A DNA stretch of 63,284 nt, filler included, from Octopus bimaculoides (taxonomy: Eukaryota), in NCBI RefSeq assembly GCF_001194135.2. It is 3 parts of 3 records of this genome, joined end to end, with 100 filler letters (N's around TTAATTAATTAA, not from the genome) between each part and the next. Parts side by side here need not be neighbours in the genome. Positions count along the whole stretch, not along the records: positions 1 to 31,615 come from NC_068982.1; positions 31,716 to 61,291 come from NC_068989.1; 1 more part is not named here. The stretch is one strand, 5' to 3'. The translations under genes were made by a program, and so were the position numbers. The notes under the pieces were generated by a model, which did no database searches, had not been told where the DNA came from, and worked only from the letters and a program-made list of their open reading frames with translations. Positions within the stretch are counted from its first letter, which is position 1, and each line of letters starts with the position of its first letter. Below are positions 26,601 to 38,444 of this stretch, in pieces.

Positions 26601-29004
26601 TACATGGATGGAGACAAAATTATGTATATAAGGTAATTTAATTTTTAAAAAAGTTAAACACAGTATTTTCACAAAATAAATAAATATAAAACACTAGTAT
26701 AATTTTTTTTAAGAAGTACATCATATAAAGAAAATAAGGTAGTCAGCTGGTGCGCGCGAGGAGAACCTCTACCTTTGCTTCTACAGCTCAGATCATATCC
26801 GACGATAGTCATTCAAATTGACTTGAGTTCACGAAATAACTCATTCCAAGTGATATGGGCGAGTTAAAACGGTCAAGAAAGCACCAGCATCTGTCTTGTC
26901 AATGGTTTAAGCATTGCTTTTCACTGCTTTGTTCTTCGGTTTTTGTTAATATCGTCTCCTTGTTCATCTGAACTGAATTTATCCCGAATTACTCGTATAC
27001 ATTCTTTATATTTTCTCTGTTGTGCTAAGTGCGTTAAGCTTTAATGTAACTTGCTGAAGATAAGTTCGCTCTCACCTCTTTTGCTCACCTCCTGGTTGTT
27101 ATTCCTTCTTTCCCCGTTCTTTTTGACGGACATAAGTATTTTCATGACCATGCATATTCCAGCCAACCTCATAGTATGTCTTATTACGTCTCCGCTCACT
27201 AACTGACCGTGCTTTGCCGCAAAGATAATGAATAGTCAACTACCAAATCCCTATCAATATTAATGAAGGTAGTATTTGAATTTTTGGACCTATATATTAC
27301 GGTACTATCTTGAGGGTAGATGTGTGACGTACCAACTCACCTCACCTTTTTTCTTAACATTAAGCATGTATTACAATATGCCTCCCCTCGGTCGATGGAA
27401 ACTACATCACCGATGGATTTTTGTAGGCATATGAACGCCCTCTTTGTTTTGGATGTATTCCTCCGATAACAAATGTTACTCGTAAAAGATTATTCCAGTC
27501 CATTGTTATTCTTTCTTTCCGGGAGCCAGTATGGGTTCAGTTGTTCAGTATCGTTATACGAATTGCTTAGTAGCTGTAATACAATAGCTCGGCTTGCTTT
27601 TGTTTTTCTTTTGCAGCCGTTCCCATTTTGAATATTACGCATATTATTTTATAGTTTCTTTCCTTATTGACAGAGGAGACACGATTTCTCACACTGGCTA
27701 CGGTCACGTAGCATTATTCTTTGGGGGTATGTGAAAAGCCGTTCTATCTTTCGAGATGCAGAGATAAGTTATTTTGTTTTTATTCGCTTCTGGATAAGAT
27801 GGATAGATGCACTTGCCCTTGTCACACATCTCTACCAGCTTGACTGACTTTACTCCAGTAGTAACTCATGTCTAGAGACAGGTATCTCCAGCGAAAGATG
27901 GAAAGGCTGGTAACGCTTTCTGTGATTCTTAATTCGATCTCACAGTTTAACGTTTATGTCAATGAAAACGGCTTGTTATTGTCGTTGACCAAAGAAACTG
28001 TTTTCATATGCACCGTGCTGTGCTCTTGTCAGCTGTGTCATTAAGTATATCTACTTCAATGTGTGCGTTTTCCGATAAAATATATTTTTCTCCTTGTAAC
28101 GTTTTTGCATGTTGATGTGTGAATGGATCAATTTTTCCCAGTTTACTGAGTTGGCAGATGTTTTTTATCGAAGGAAGACTGAAAATTTTTTTACCCTGCT
28201 TCTATTATGGCTACTACAATGCATTGGTGTAAATTTGGTGATGCATTGCGAACGGTTCTTTATTACACCGACGTCCTATATAGTTATGTATTAGCGCAAA
28301 TTCTTCCGAAATTAATGGGATAGTAAAGTACTAAAATTCCTCTGAGACACATTTTCCAGTCACTTTTCTACCTCCATAAGAAATGTTTTACATCCTTTTT
28401 GTTTTTCTATTTATGCACTTGAGCTTCTTAGTGAATGATTTAGCTACTCCAATGGAAGCACTATCACACAAAAAAATCTTTATATAATGTTTCCTTTGCC
28501 TTATATATTAATATTTGAACTGAAGCGAATGTTCAGTCCAGATGGTGATGGTTCTTCAAAATAAAGCCACTAGTCTTGGTATTATTGTTGTTTTCTTTAT
28601 TGCTGTAGCTGTTGTTCTTGTTGGCGTTTTTAATTTTTCCTGTCGCATCTGTCACTACTATAAGTGTTTTCTGTTTTCTGTTATTTTGTTGTTGTTGTTG
28701 CTGGTCGTAATGATGTTGGTGCTGTGTTGTTCAAAATTTCACAGACTTTCTCTACCTTTTAGTTGTTAATGTTAACATTTTATTTCTTCCACTTAACATT
28801 ACGTTCTTCTTCATTTTGTTGTTGCCTTTGTTCTTGTTGGGTTTGTTGATGTCGTTTATTTTGTTATTGTTGTCGATTGTAGCATTGCCATTTTCTAGTT
28901 CTCTGCTGTGTTTCACCGTTATATTACTGATATTGTCGCATTTTTGTTAAATTTTTCTAAAACTCTTCGGGCTAAAAGTGATTTATCATTATCATCATCA
29001 TCGC

Positions 29005-29056
<52 letters not shown>

Positions 29057-29799
29057 GTTCAGTAGTTTTATTTTTATAACGTGCTTTCACTTCACTACCG
29101 AGCGCAGCTCTGTGCGCCTTGGGTATGTGCTGTGGTTTGCTGTGGTGCTCTTATGTTTACTGTATTGAAAGTGTTTTGCGTAGAATGTGTGCAGTACCCA
29201 GTAGTGCAATTTTCTGTATGTTATATATATTTGTAAGTCCTGGNNNNNNNNNNNNNNNNNNNNNNNNNNNNNNNNNNNNNNNNNNNNNNNNNNNNNNNNN
29301 NNNNNNNNNNNNNNNNNNNNNNNNNNNNNNNNNNNNNNNNNNNNNNNNNNNNNNNNNNNNNNNNNNNNNNNNNNNNNNNNNNNNNNNNNNNNNNNNNNNN
29401 NNNNNNNNNNNNNNNNNNNNNNNNNNNNNNNNNNNNNNNNNNNNNNNNNNNNNNNNNNNNNNNNNNNNNNNNNNNNNNNNNNNNNNNNNNNNNNNNNNNN
29501 NNNNNNNNNNNNNNNNNNNNNNNNNNNNNNNNNNNNNNNNNNNNNNNNNNNNNNNNNNNNNNNNNNNNNNNNNNNNNNNNNNNNNNNNNNNNNNNNNNNN
29601 NNNNNNNNNNNNNNNNNNNNNNNNNNNNNNNNNNNNNNNNNNNNNNNNNNNNNNNNNNNNNNNNNNNNNNNNNNNNNNNNNNNNNNNGTTGGCATAGCTT
29701 CCAGTGTATATAGGTCCCAGCTCCGTCGTGTCTGTGAATATATTCCTTCTTAGCTAGGACTGGGCAGCCAGAGATAATATGATTTATTGTTTCTTGTCG

Positions 29800-29800
<1 letters not shown>
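29057..29800 (-). mobile_element. R4/Dong-like RLE non-LTR retroelement, 5'-truncated (copy A, spans gap)
   Basis: 5' part reads RQETINHIISGCPVLAKKEYIHRHDGAGTYIHWKLCQ; 3' part reads PGLTNIYNIQKIALLGTAHILRKTLSIQ* (stop at 29157-29159); ~100 bp 3' UTR; (TAA)n on both flanks in the sense direction. Confidence 0.85.
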
Positions 29801-29858
<58 letters not shown>

Positions 29859-29870
29859 CATTATTATTAT

Positions 29871-30850
29871 GTGATGAGAACTCACAGCTTATTTTGCTGG
29901 GTATGATAGAAAGTATCAGCTTTCCACAGCCGACAGACTAAGGTGACACTTGTTTACTGATTGTGCTTCAAGAACCCTGCGAAGAATTCTTGCAGTTTCA
30001 AGCAATGTTGATTTTTGTACAAATCTTTTTCAGCCATGCTGGTATTTGAGTGCTGATAATTCAAAGTGCGCCAAATACTATTGGTATCACGCCTACTCTC
30101 CTCATTGACCACAGCCTTCATATTTTCTACTTCAAATCGTCGTAGTGGTTTATTTTTTCTTATCTTTGATCCTGTTGTCACTGGGACATGCTATGTCCAT
30201 TATCATACACGTTCTTTCTTTTTTATTCACCACAATAATGTCCAGTTTCCGATGTTTGGTCAGGTAATCACACTGAATCATTGCATCCCACAGGATTTTG
30301 CAATTCTCATTCTCGTTGACTATATCTGGGGTTTGCTCATAGCACGTCTTTACTATTTATAGACTGTGATTTTCACAGAGCTCCCAATGGATCATTCTTG
30401 GCACATTGTCAAGTCGTCTTTTGTAATCGTGTTGTGCCAATTTCAGGCATTCGCTAACGATGTGCCATACAGTTTCACCCCTCTCACCACACATACTGCA
30501 TTTGTCACTCTCGGTATCGTTGTCTATTCTGTACTTCGCATAGTTGGTCCTTAACACTTGTTCCTGAGCTGCGCATATAAGTGCTTCTGTCTCTATCTTC
30601 AGGCCATTCCCCCTCAACCATAGCCACCGGTCTTCTGTATTTGTCTTGACGTTCGTATCTCTTTCAAAAACTGTCCGTACATTTTTTCCTTCCATTTCTT
30701 CCTTCTTTTTGTGTGTCCTTTTCCTCTTTAAATTTTTCTTTCATTACACAATTCTCAGTTTTGATGACGCCAGCCTTCTTTACCTGGTTCAACATTTGAT
30801 ACACGGCCTTTTTTTATATCTATAGCTCCACGGCATTTGATAGTTTCAGG
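29871..30850 (-). mobile_element. R4/Dong-like RLE non-LTR retroelement, 5'-truncated (copy B)
   Basis: WKEKMYGQF...EDRWLWLRGNGLKIETEALICAAQEQVLRTNY...KCSMCGERGETVWHIVSEC...IHWELC contains the CCHC knuckle, followed by a degraded endonuclease region; the 3' end joins the (TAA)n tract at 29800-29870. Confidence 0.9.
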
Positions 30851-30969
30851 CAGCTTTTTCCTGCATCGTCGTGTTGCTGAGGTGCGTGCAGCATTACGTG
30901 TTCTTTTTTGTTGTTGGGGGAATAGAAATCACATTGCTTTGCTATGGGCTTTGGTTGCAGTCTTTTATT

Positions 30970-31262
30970 GTATTAGTCTTTGTATTGTGAGTGTAATGGG
31001 AGTTGTGTTCTGACGAATATCCGACATGTTAAGTACATCTAGGATTGTTTATTTTATTGAATATTTACTGTATAGAGTGTGTCTTGTGTTTATGGATTGT
31101 TTTATTTGGGTTGTACAATTAAGTTAATAGTGCTTTCCGTGAGATGTGGGCTGTTCCTAGCTGGGCTATTTTTTGGATAGTATGTAGTGTTGAGTATCCA
31201 GCTATAGCTTCTACATTTTTGCTCATATCTTTTTTATCATACTCAATGCTCCAATTATTATA
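30970..31262 (-). mobile_element. R4/Dong-like RLE retroelement 3' fragment (copy C)
   Basis: IIIGALSMIK/KDMSKNVEAIAGYSTLHTIQKIAQLGTAHISRKAL matches the C-terminus of copy A. Confidence 0.75.
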
Positions 31263-31267
31263 ATTGT

Positions 31268-31298
<31 letters not shown>

Positions 31299-31300
<2 letters not shown>

Positions 31301-31615
31301 CAAAACCTAAAAATAATTGGTAAAATCCGCCTTGCACTTAAGGATATAATTTCAGCTAATGATATTGATATAACAGATCTCAACCACCTGTACTATGCAT
31401 CCGCAAGAATCTCAACGATTCTATGTGGTGAAAAGATTAGAAAAAGACAACACTCGCACAAAAGCCTTCTTGGCAAGAACGCATTCAACACCAAATTAAG
31501 CTGCTTAGATCTGACATAGAATGTTTGAAAAACCTTAAATTTGACAAGAGTATCAAACCTACAAAGACCCAAAAACTAAAGAAAAAATATAATATGAAAA
31601 CCATAGTTGACATTG
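31299..31615 (+). mobile_element. R4/Dong-like retroelement N-terminal ORF fragment (copy D, runs into gap)
   Basis: DIDITDLNHLYYASA...(frameshift) KPSWQERIQHQIKLLRSDI matches the N..IYA.A and P.W..R...QI..LR.D motifs upstream of RT in this clade; begins immediately after (AAT)n. Confidence 0.65.
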
Positions 31616-31715
31616 NNNNNNNNNNNNNNNNNNNNNNNNNNNNNNNNNNNNNNNNNNNNTTAATTAATTAANNNNNNNNNNNNNNNNNNNNNNNNNNNNN
31701 NNNNNNNNNNNNNNN
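31616..31715. other. assembly spacer: 44 N + TTAATTAATTAA + 44 N
   Basis: An identical 100-bp construct occurs at 61292-61391; the 12-mer gives stop codons in all six frames. Confidence 0.9.
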
Positions 31716-31783
31716 TATATATATTCGTACGTACATACATACATACATACATACATACATACATACATGCATGCATACATACA

Positions 31784-31815
<32 letters not shown>

Positions 31816-31934
31816 CAGGGTGCAGTGAATAAATTGTCGTCTAAATCAGTGCGTCTCAAACTATCTGTTGTGGCGTCCCGGCAGGTTTTTTTTCCAATGT
31901 GCCAGGGACCAGTAATATTTCTTAGTAATATTAA
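31816..31934 (+). mobile_element. Tc1/mariner-like TIR start immediately followed by a hAT-like TIR start
   Basis: TA|cagggtgcagtgaataaattgtcgtc at 31816, then cagtgcgtctcaaact at 31847; partner ends are not visible (gap). Confidence 0.4.
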
Positions 31935-33068
31935 NNNNNNNNNNNNNNNNNNNNNNNNNNNNNNNNNNNNNNNNNNNNNNNNNNNNNNNNNNNNNNNNNN
32001 NNNNNNNNNNNNNNNNNNNNNNNNNNNNNNNNNNNNNNNNNNNNNNNNNNNNNNNNNNNNNNNNNNNNNNNNNNNNNNNNNNNNNNNNNNNNNNNNNNNN
32101 NNNNNNNNNNNNNNNNNNNNNNNNNNNNNNNNNNNNNNNNNNNNNNNNNNNNNNNNNNNNNNNNNNNNNNNNNNNNNNNNNNNNNNNNNNNNNNNNNNNN
32201 NNNNNNNNNNNNNNNNNNNNNNNNNNNNNNNNNNNNNNNNNNNNNNNNNNNNNNNNNNNNNNNNNNNNNNNNNNNNNNNNNNNNNNNNNNNNNNNNNNNN
32301 NNNNNNNNNNNNNNNNNNNNNNNNNNNNNNNNNNNNNNNNNNNNNNNNNNNNNNNNNNNNNNNNNNNNNNNNNNNNNNNNNNNNNNNNNNNNNNNNNNNN
32401 NNNNNNNNNNNNNNNNNNNNNNNNNNNNNNNNNNNNNNNNNNNNNNNNNNNNNNNNNNNNNNNNNNNNNNNNNNNNNNNNNNNNNNNNNNNNNNNNNNNN
32501 NNNNNNNNNNNNNNNNNNNNNNNNNNNNNNNNNNNNNNNNNNNNNNNNNNNNNNNNNNNNNNNNNNNNNNNNNNNNNNNNNNNNNNNNNNNNNNNNNNNN
32601 NNNNNNNNNNNNNNNNNNNNNNNNNNNNNNNNNNNNNNNNNNNNNNNNNNNNNNNNNNNNNNNNNNNNNNNNNNNNNNNNNNNNNNNNNNNNNNNNNNNN
32701 NNNNNNNNTATAAATATATATGTATGTATGTATGTATATATGTATGTGTGTGTGTGCGTGTGCGAGTATGTGCATGTATGTATGTATATTGTTGACGTCA
32801 TTTGAGTTTAGAAACTTCGAGAATGTGACATAAATGTTTTGACGAACGAGAAATTTCGAAGCAAGTAAACCCATATATAATACCTTATAAATATTGTGTT
32901 ACAAACACTTGTATTTACAGAAGATGTGGGTTCGTATTCCACTGGCAGTCTTCAAATTAACTATCCAAAGAGTTTTTAGCCTGATAGTAACACAGTTATT
33001 TATAGCTTTCTTTGTTTCGAGATTCACCGTTCCTCATATATATATATAATTATTGATAAGTAGGGGTA

Positions 33069-33246
33069 GAGTGTAAGTAGAAGCTTTATTTGGCACAACA
33101 ATCGTTTCGGTTGCCTTCTGCGCTGCTCTTGAGTCGGTTGAGAACAATATAATGACATCAGATGCATTACATCGTTTCCCACCCACTTGGTGCAGTGCAG
33201 AAAGCAGCCGAAACGATTGTTGTGAAGAGCTTCTCGTTACACTCCG
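33069..33246. repeat. inverted repeat (foldback or MITE-like)
   Basis: 33094-33126 matches the reverse complement of 33192-33224 at 30/33; weaker outer arms gagtgtaa.tagaagct; 65-bp spacer. Confidence 0.75.
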
Positions 33247-33469
33247 TCTTCTGTTTCAATCATTAAATATATGCCCAACATGCACCTAGGAATTCCTGAC
33301 GTAGATACCGCGACGAAAGGCAGTAACACGGATGACGCTCGGTAGCCATAAGTGGCGAACGTGCTCTGCAGGTACACTACCTGGGACTTACCCGAAACAA
33401 AGTTTGGATACTGCATTTTAATGTCTCCTTCTTAAACCTTAATTTTAAAATTTAACCTGTGTGTGTGTG

Positions 33470-33526
<57 letters not shown>

Positions 33527-34066
33527 GTGTACGTACGCGATTGCATGTGTGTCTGTTTTCATTTTGTGCAATTTAAACTTTAAATTACGCGACAAATAAT
33601 TATTTAGAACTCCGTCTGTATTTCCTTTCGTGTTATTACGTCTACATCATTTGTTACCAATCCGAACTTCGGATATATGACAGAGTATAAGTAGAAAATA
33701 GAACAAAGCATGAGAAGCTTTTTATAAGTTATATTATCTCATTTGACTTTCTGATTGCACTAGTTGATTACTAGTTACATAACTTAAATTACATAATCGC
33801 TCAACATCTCTAGTGGTTCATTCTGTCAAGTCTACAATCAATAAAGTTACGCTACACGTTCCCGACAGTTTGACAATAAGTTTTGATTGTTTCATTTATA
33901 TTTCGATTAACTAATAATCACCATGTGATCATGAAACATACGTAAGACGTTGAAACTAAATAACTTACGAACAATTTCCCGTATTTCGTTCTATTATATA
34001 ATTACATGTCTATACCCACTACACACACACATGCATATATACATATATATACATGTAAATAAATAA

Positions 34067-34127
<61 letters not shown>

Positions 34128-34254
34128 CGTTCGTATACATACATGTGTGCACATATATGTGTGTGTTTGTGTGTGTGTGTGTGAATGTATATATACATAC
34201 ATAATATATATAAAGAGGTAATAATGCTGCACATTTGTATCCACATTTTTTTAG

Positions 34255-34410
34255 GAGCAGGCATGGCTGTGTGGTTAGGAAGCTTTCTTCTTAACCACAT
34301 GGTTTCGAGGCCGGCTCCACTGCGTAGCACCTTGGGCAAGTTTCTTCTGCTATAACCTCGGTGCCGACAGGAGCCTTGTAACTGAGTTTTGGAGGCAGAA
34401 GTTCTTGTCT
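34255..34410 (+). mobile_element. tRNA-derived SINE, family B head
   Basis: ggcatggctgtgtggttaggaagc...aaccacatggtttcgagg...gcaccttgggcaag...ctataacctcgg. Confidence 0.75.
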
Positions 34411-34586
34411 GTATTAACACGTGTGTGAAAGTGCTTGTGCTTCCTTTAACAGGGTATTCAGGCTAAATTTGATAGTTCGCATAACAGGAAAAGAAAACAC
34501 AACATCCCATCCAAAAATAATTTTTTTTCTGTCTTATTATAATCAAAACATATCAACTAAATTATGGCTGGGAGGTAACAGTTTAC

Positions 34587-34748
34587 TCAAAGTAGCCGCG
34601 TCAACGTTCACAGAGCATTGAGTAGCGCTCATAGTGTCGGCATTATGATATCCGGCACGAATAATAATGATACAGATAAAACTTTTCCAGTGTTCATATA
34701 GCTTGCTTTCCAATGCCTTTGACTTTTCACCAATGCATTCAGCTGTTC
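34587..34748 (-). CDS. candidate internal exon of an unidentified host gene
   Basis: Strong acceptor (tatgcttctctttttttttcag) and donor gtaaac; 162 bp, phase 1-1, open as TAECIGEKSKALESKLYEHWKSFICIIIIRAGYHNADTMSATQCSVNVDAATL. No homology recognised. Confidence 0.35.
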
Positions 34749-34850
34749 CTGAAAAAAAAAGAGAAGCATAAATAATCGTCAAATTTAACCCAAACACCAT
34801 AAAAATAACTTGAAAAATAAAGAAAAATAATTTTAATAGGGATAACCCAG

Positions 34851-35290
34851 CAGGGTATATTGAAAAATTTAGTTAAACAAATAAAGTGTTATCATTAACA
34901 TCATCAAACGTCCACACGGGATCCATTAGTCGCGCTCAATACACTGAGACGATCCTCAATTTCCAACTTGTGGTTTGGAGTATAGTCTCATCAATGTTGG
35001 ATATGGTCTGGCGTATTTCTTTTATTGAGACCACTGATGTCTTGAACTTTTGTATGACAGACTCCGACTTTAATGTAGTCCATAAAAAAGAAGGATAGAA
35101 AGGTTATATTTGGTGACCAAGTTTGTCACAGAACTGGACCGCCTCTTTCAGTCCACCGGTTTGAGAAACTTTCATTAAGAAACTCTCGAGTACTCAATCC
35201 GAATGGGGCGGCGCACCATCTCGCTGGAAAGTAACTGTTGATTGCAAAGAAGTTGATAGGTGTTTCCTAACTTTAAAAGATACACAATAA
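34851..35290 (-). mobile_element. Tc1/mariner-superfamily transposase 3' fragment (DD41D/rosa-like) with probable TIR
   Basis: FQRDGAPPH...REFLNESFSNRWTERGGPVL*QTWSPNITFLSFFFMDYIK...KVQDI...EIEDRLSVLSATNGSRVDV*; cagggtat at 34851 may be the TIR. Confidence 0.85.
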
Positions 35291-35407
35291 ATTGTGCAAG
35301 TTGTAATCATATATACATAAATATGCATACATATATATATATACATAACTATATATACACACATATATATAAACATATATATGCATGTATATATAAACAT
35401 ATATAAA

Positions 35408-35520
35408 CATAATTCAAATCCTACCGATGTTAATTATATGATTTCATCCCTTCTGAGTCAGAAGATATATCTTCCTTGTTTGATCGATTTGGACGGTATT
35501 TTTTCGCAGTTTCCATTCAA
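35408..35520 (+). repeat. 113-bp exact direct repeat, copy 1 (copy 2 at 36358-36470)
   Basis: Base-by-base identity read from the sequence; the copies flank the gap at 35687-36150. Confidence 0.9.
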
Positions 35521-36489
35521 CTCTCATGCATCCTTATTTTTCCTACCAGTTTATACATGAACTACTATTGGACTTCAAAAGCTCAAAGACAATATAATGT
35601 ATATTTTTTTTATATATTATTGTTTTATATATTATTTTCTTCATTTTGTACTTCTTTGTAAAAAAACATTTTCATTCTCCTTCTTCNNNNNNNNNNNNNN
35701 NNNNNNNNNNNNNNNNNNNNNNNNNNNNNNNNNNNNNNNNNNNNNNNNNNNNNNNNNNNNNNNNNNNNNNNNNNNNNNNNNNNNNNNNNNNNNNNNNNNN
35801 NNNNNNNNNNNNNNNNNNNNNNNNNNNNNNNNNNNNNNNNNNNNNNNNNNNNNNNNNNNNNNNNNNNNNNNNNNNNNNNNNNNNNNNNNNNNNNNNNNNN
35901 NNNNNNNNNNNNNNNNNNNNNNNNNNNNNNNNNNNNNNNNNNNNNNNNNNNNNNNNNNNNNNNNNNNNNNNNNNNNNNNNNNNNNNNNNNNNNNNNNNNN
36001 NNNNNNNNNNNNNNNNNNNNNNNNNNNNNNNNNNNNNNNNNNNNNNNNNNNNNNNNNNNNNNNNNNNNNNNNNNNNNNNNNNNNNNNNNNNNNNNNNNNN
36101 NNNNNNNNNNNNNNNNNNNNNNNNNNNNNNNNNNNNNNNNNNNNNNNNNNAAACACACACACACACATATATATATATCAATATTTTAAATATTCTGTTA
36201 GGTGTTTCAGTAATTATCACATGTAATTATATAACGACGATATAACTACACAGGACATAATAATCACAGTTTCAAGAATATGTTGGGTGATGAATTGATA
36301 GAATCGTTAAAGCAGTAGATAGAATGTCTTTTGCTACGTCTTTCAGCTTTCTACCTTCATAATTCAAATCCTACCGATGTTAATTATATGATTTCATCCC
36401 TTCTGAGTCAGAAGATATATCTTCCTTGTTTGATCGATTTGGACGGTATTTTTTCGCAGTTTCCATTCAAATTCCGCTACATTGCTGTA

Positions 36490-36700
36490 AAAATAAAAAG
36501 CCACCTGCTAATTTGTTCCAACGATGGCACGCAACATAAAGAAGACAATGACTTTAAATATCTTGGTTTATAAGTTTCTGACAGTAAGACAGATTTTCTT
36601 GCACGTAAGGAACTAGCTTCAAGCACCAACTAATCAGATATTTTAAAGTCCCTCAGGATTTCCTTCTTCAGTACATGCATAGAATGTATCATTTTCAATG
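36490..36700 (+). mobile_element. RTE-like LINE RT C-terminal remnant
   Basis: DGTQHKEDNDFKYLGL*VSDSKTDFLARKELA...LRISFFSTCIECIIF fits the FKYLGS...D...RK..A...F...VES.LLY pattern. Confidence 0.6.
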
Positions 36701-38135
36701 AACCGGTTCCTTGCATTATAAATAATGAAGTTCAATATCATACATATATATATATATGCCGTTTATATATTTGTTTTGCATGATTCTTGATGTGAAACCG
36801 TGTGTTGAAACAGGTATTGTTGTATTTGGGGATGCTCTTGACACACTTTCTGTGCCCTGTCGGTATTTGCAAAGGGAAGTCATCCTTCCCATCATTGATC
36901 TGACGTGATACGCACGGACTCGAGTTTCAGGGTATTTAGCCTTCATCAGCGTACGACAATCACCGATCTTCGATGCGAAGGGCTTCCAATGCAAATACAT
37001 ATATACTTTTTCTAGCCGCATTTAAGTGGCAAATATACTTCACGTTGTCGCGCAGTTACTGTTTATACCTCGTTCATAGATTTAACATTGCTTGTTTACA
37101 CTTTTTCGAGATCAGTGAATTTACGGAGACGTAAGCACACCAACATCGGTTATCAAGCAAAGATGGAGAGACAAACACAAACACNNNNNNNNNNNNNNNN
37201 NNNNNNNNNNNNNNNNNNNNNNNNNNNNNNNNNNNNNNNNNNNNNNNNNNNNNNNNNNNNNNNNNNNNNNNNNNNNNNNNNNNNNNNNNNNNNNNNNNNN
37301 NNNNNNNNNNNNNNNNNNNNNNNNNNNNNNNNNNNNNNNNNNNNNNNNNNNNNNNNNNNNNNNNNNNNNNNNNNNNNNNNNNNNNNNNNNNNNNNNNNNN
37401 NNNNNNNNNNNNNNNNNNNNNNNNNNATATATATATATATATATATATATACGTACATACGTATATATATCCATGTTTACATACACACACACACACACTC
37501 ACACATTCACACACACATAGACAGACAGACAGACAGTCAGACAGTCAGACAGACAGACAAACAGATAGATAGATAGAAAAATGAAAGCAAAAATATTACA
37601 TATCATTCATACTTTAATAGTTCATATTGGCATTCAATAGCTGTTTCTTTAGGATAAACATCACTAATTGCAAAGAGCAGAAAAATCTGCCAGCTATCTA
37701 CATCTAAGTTTCTAGAGATCGTTAAAGCCAATCCAAACTTTTTTTTCCTGAATTCCGAACATGATATTATTATGAACTATAACCATTTAAACTCCTTTCT
37801 CCTCTCCAAATACAATAAACGTTGAGATTAAAATCTATCTCTACTTCTCTTTCATGCGATAGCGTGTAATCACTATAATGCTAATTACATTAACAATTAT
37901 AAAAGTTTTAGAAATATAATATCGGTTTAAACAAGCTATAACAATAAGATGTAATTTTAGTTAAGATCCTTCCTATATAATTTATTTGTCTTAATATGTA
38001 TACTTACGCTTTTGTTATAATAGTTTTATTCTAGAGAACACCTATACTATACATTTATGTTTTCTAACTCATATTCATTTCTATACGCATGTGTTTGCCA
38101 TTATGTGTGTGTGCGTGTGTGTGTGTGTGTTTGTG

Positions 38136-38194
<59 letters not shown>

Positions 38195-38289
38195 ATTTAT
38201 AGACTCGCACACACCACACATATACATGTATCTATATAGGTGAGTGTGAGTGCGTGTATTTATATGTTTGAGTTCATATGCATCTACAT

Positions 38290-38336
<47 letters not shown>

Positions 38337-38379
38337 CCTGTCTATCATCCTATCAATCTCTCTCTTTATCTCTCTCCCT

Positions 38380-38442
<63 letters not shown>

Positions 38443-38444
38443 TA

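Noticed and set aside
27588-27735. + strand peptide ...AYYFIVSFLIDRGDTISHTGYGHVALFFG resembling a K+ channel pore (TxGYG)
   Set aside because: Short, has an odd insertion before the motif, is bounded by stops, and no other channel exon was seen; probably chance.
31660-31671. TTAATTAATTAA islands inside gaps (also 61336-61347)
   Set aside because: An identical 44N-12mer-44N layout occurs twice and gives stops in all frames; this is an assembly linker, not biology.
35130-35175. gtttgagaaac resembling a hAT TIR
   Set aside because: It is explained as in-frame transposase coding sequence (SFSNRW) on the minus strand.
36716-37021. 101-aa minus-strand ORF in a GC-richer stretch
   Set aside because: No recognisable motif in any frame and no convincing splice sites; left unassigned.
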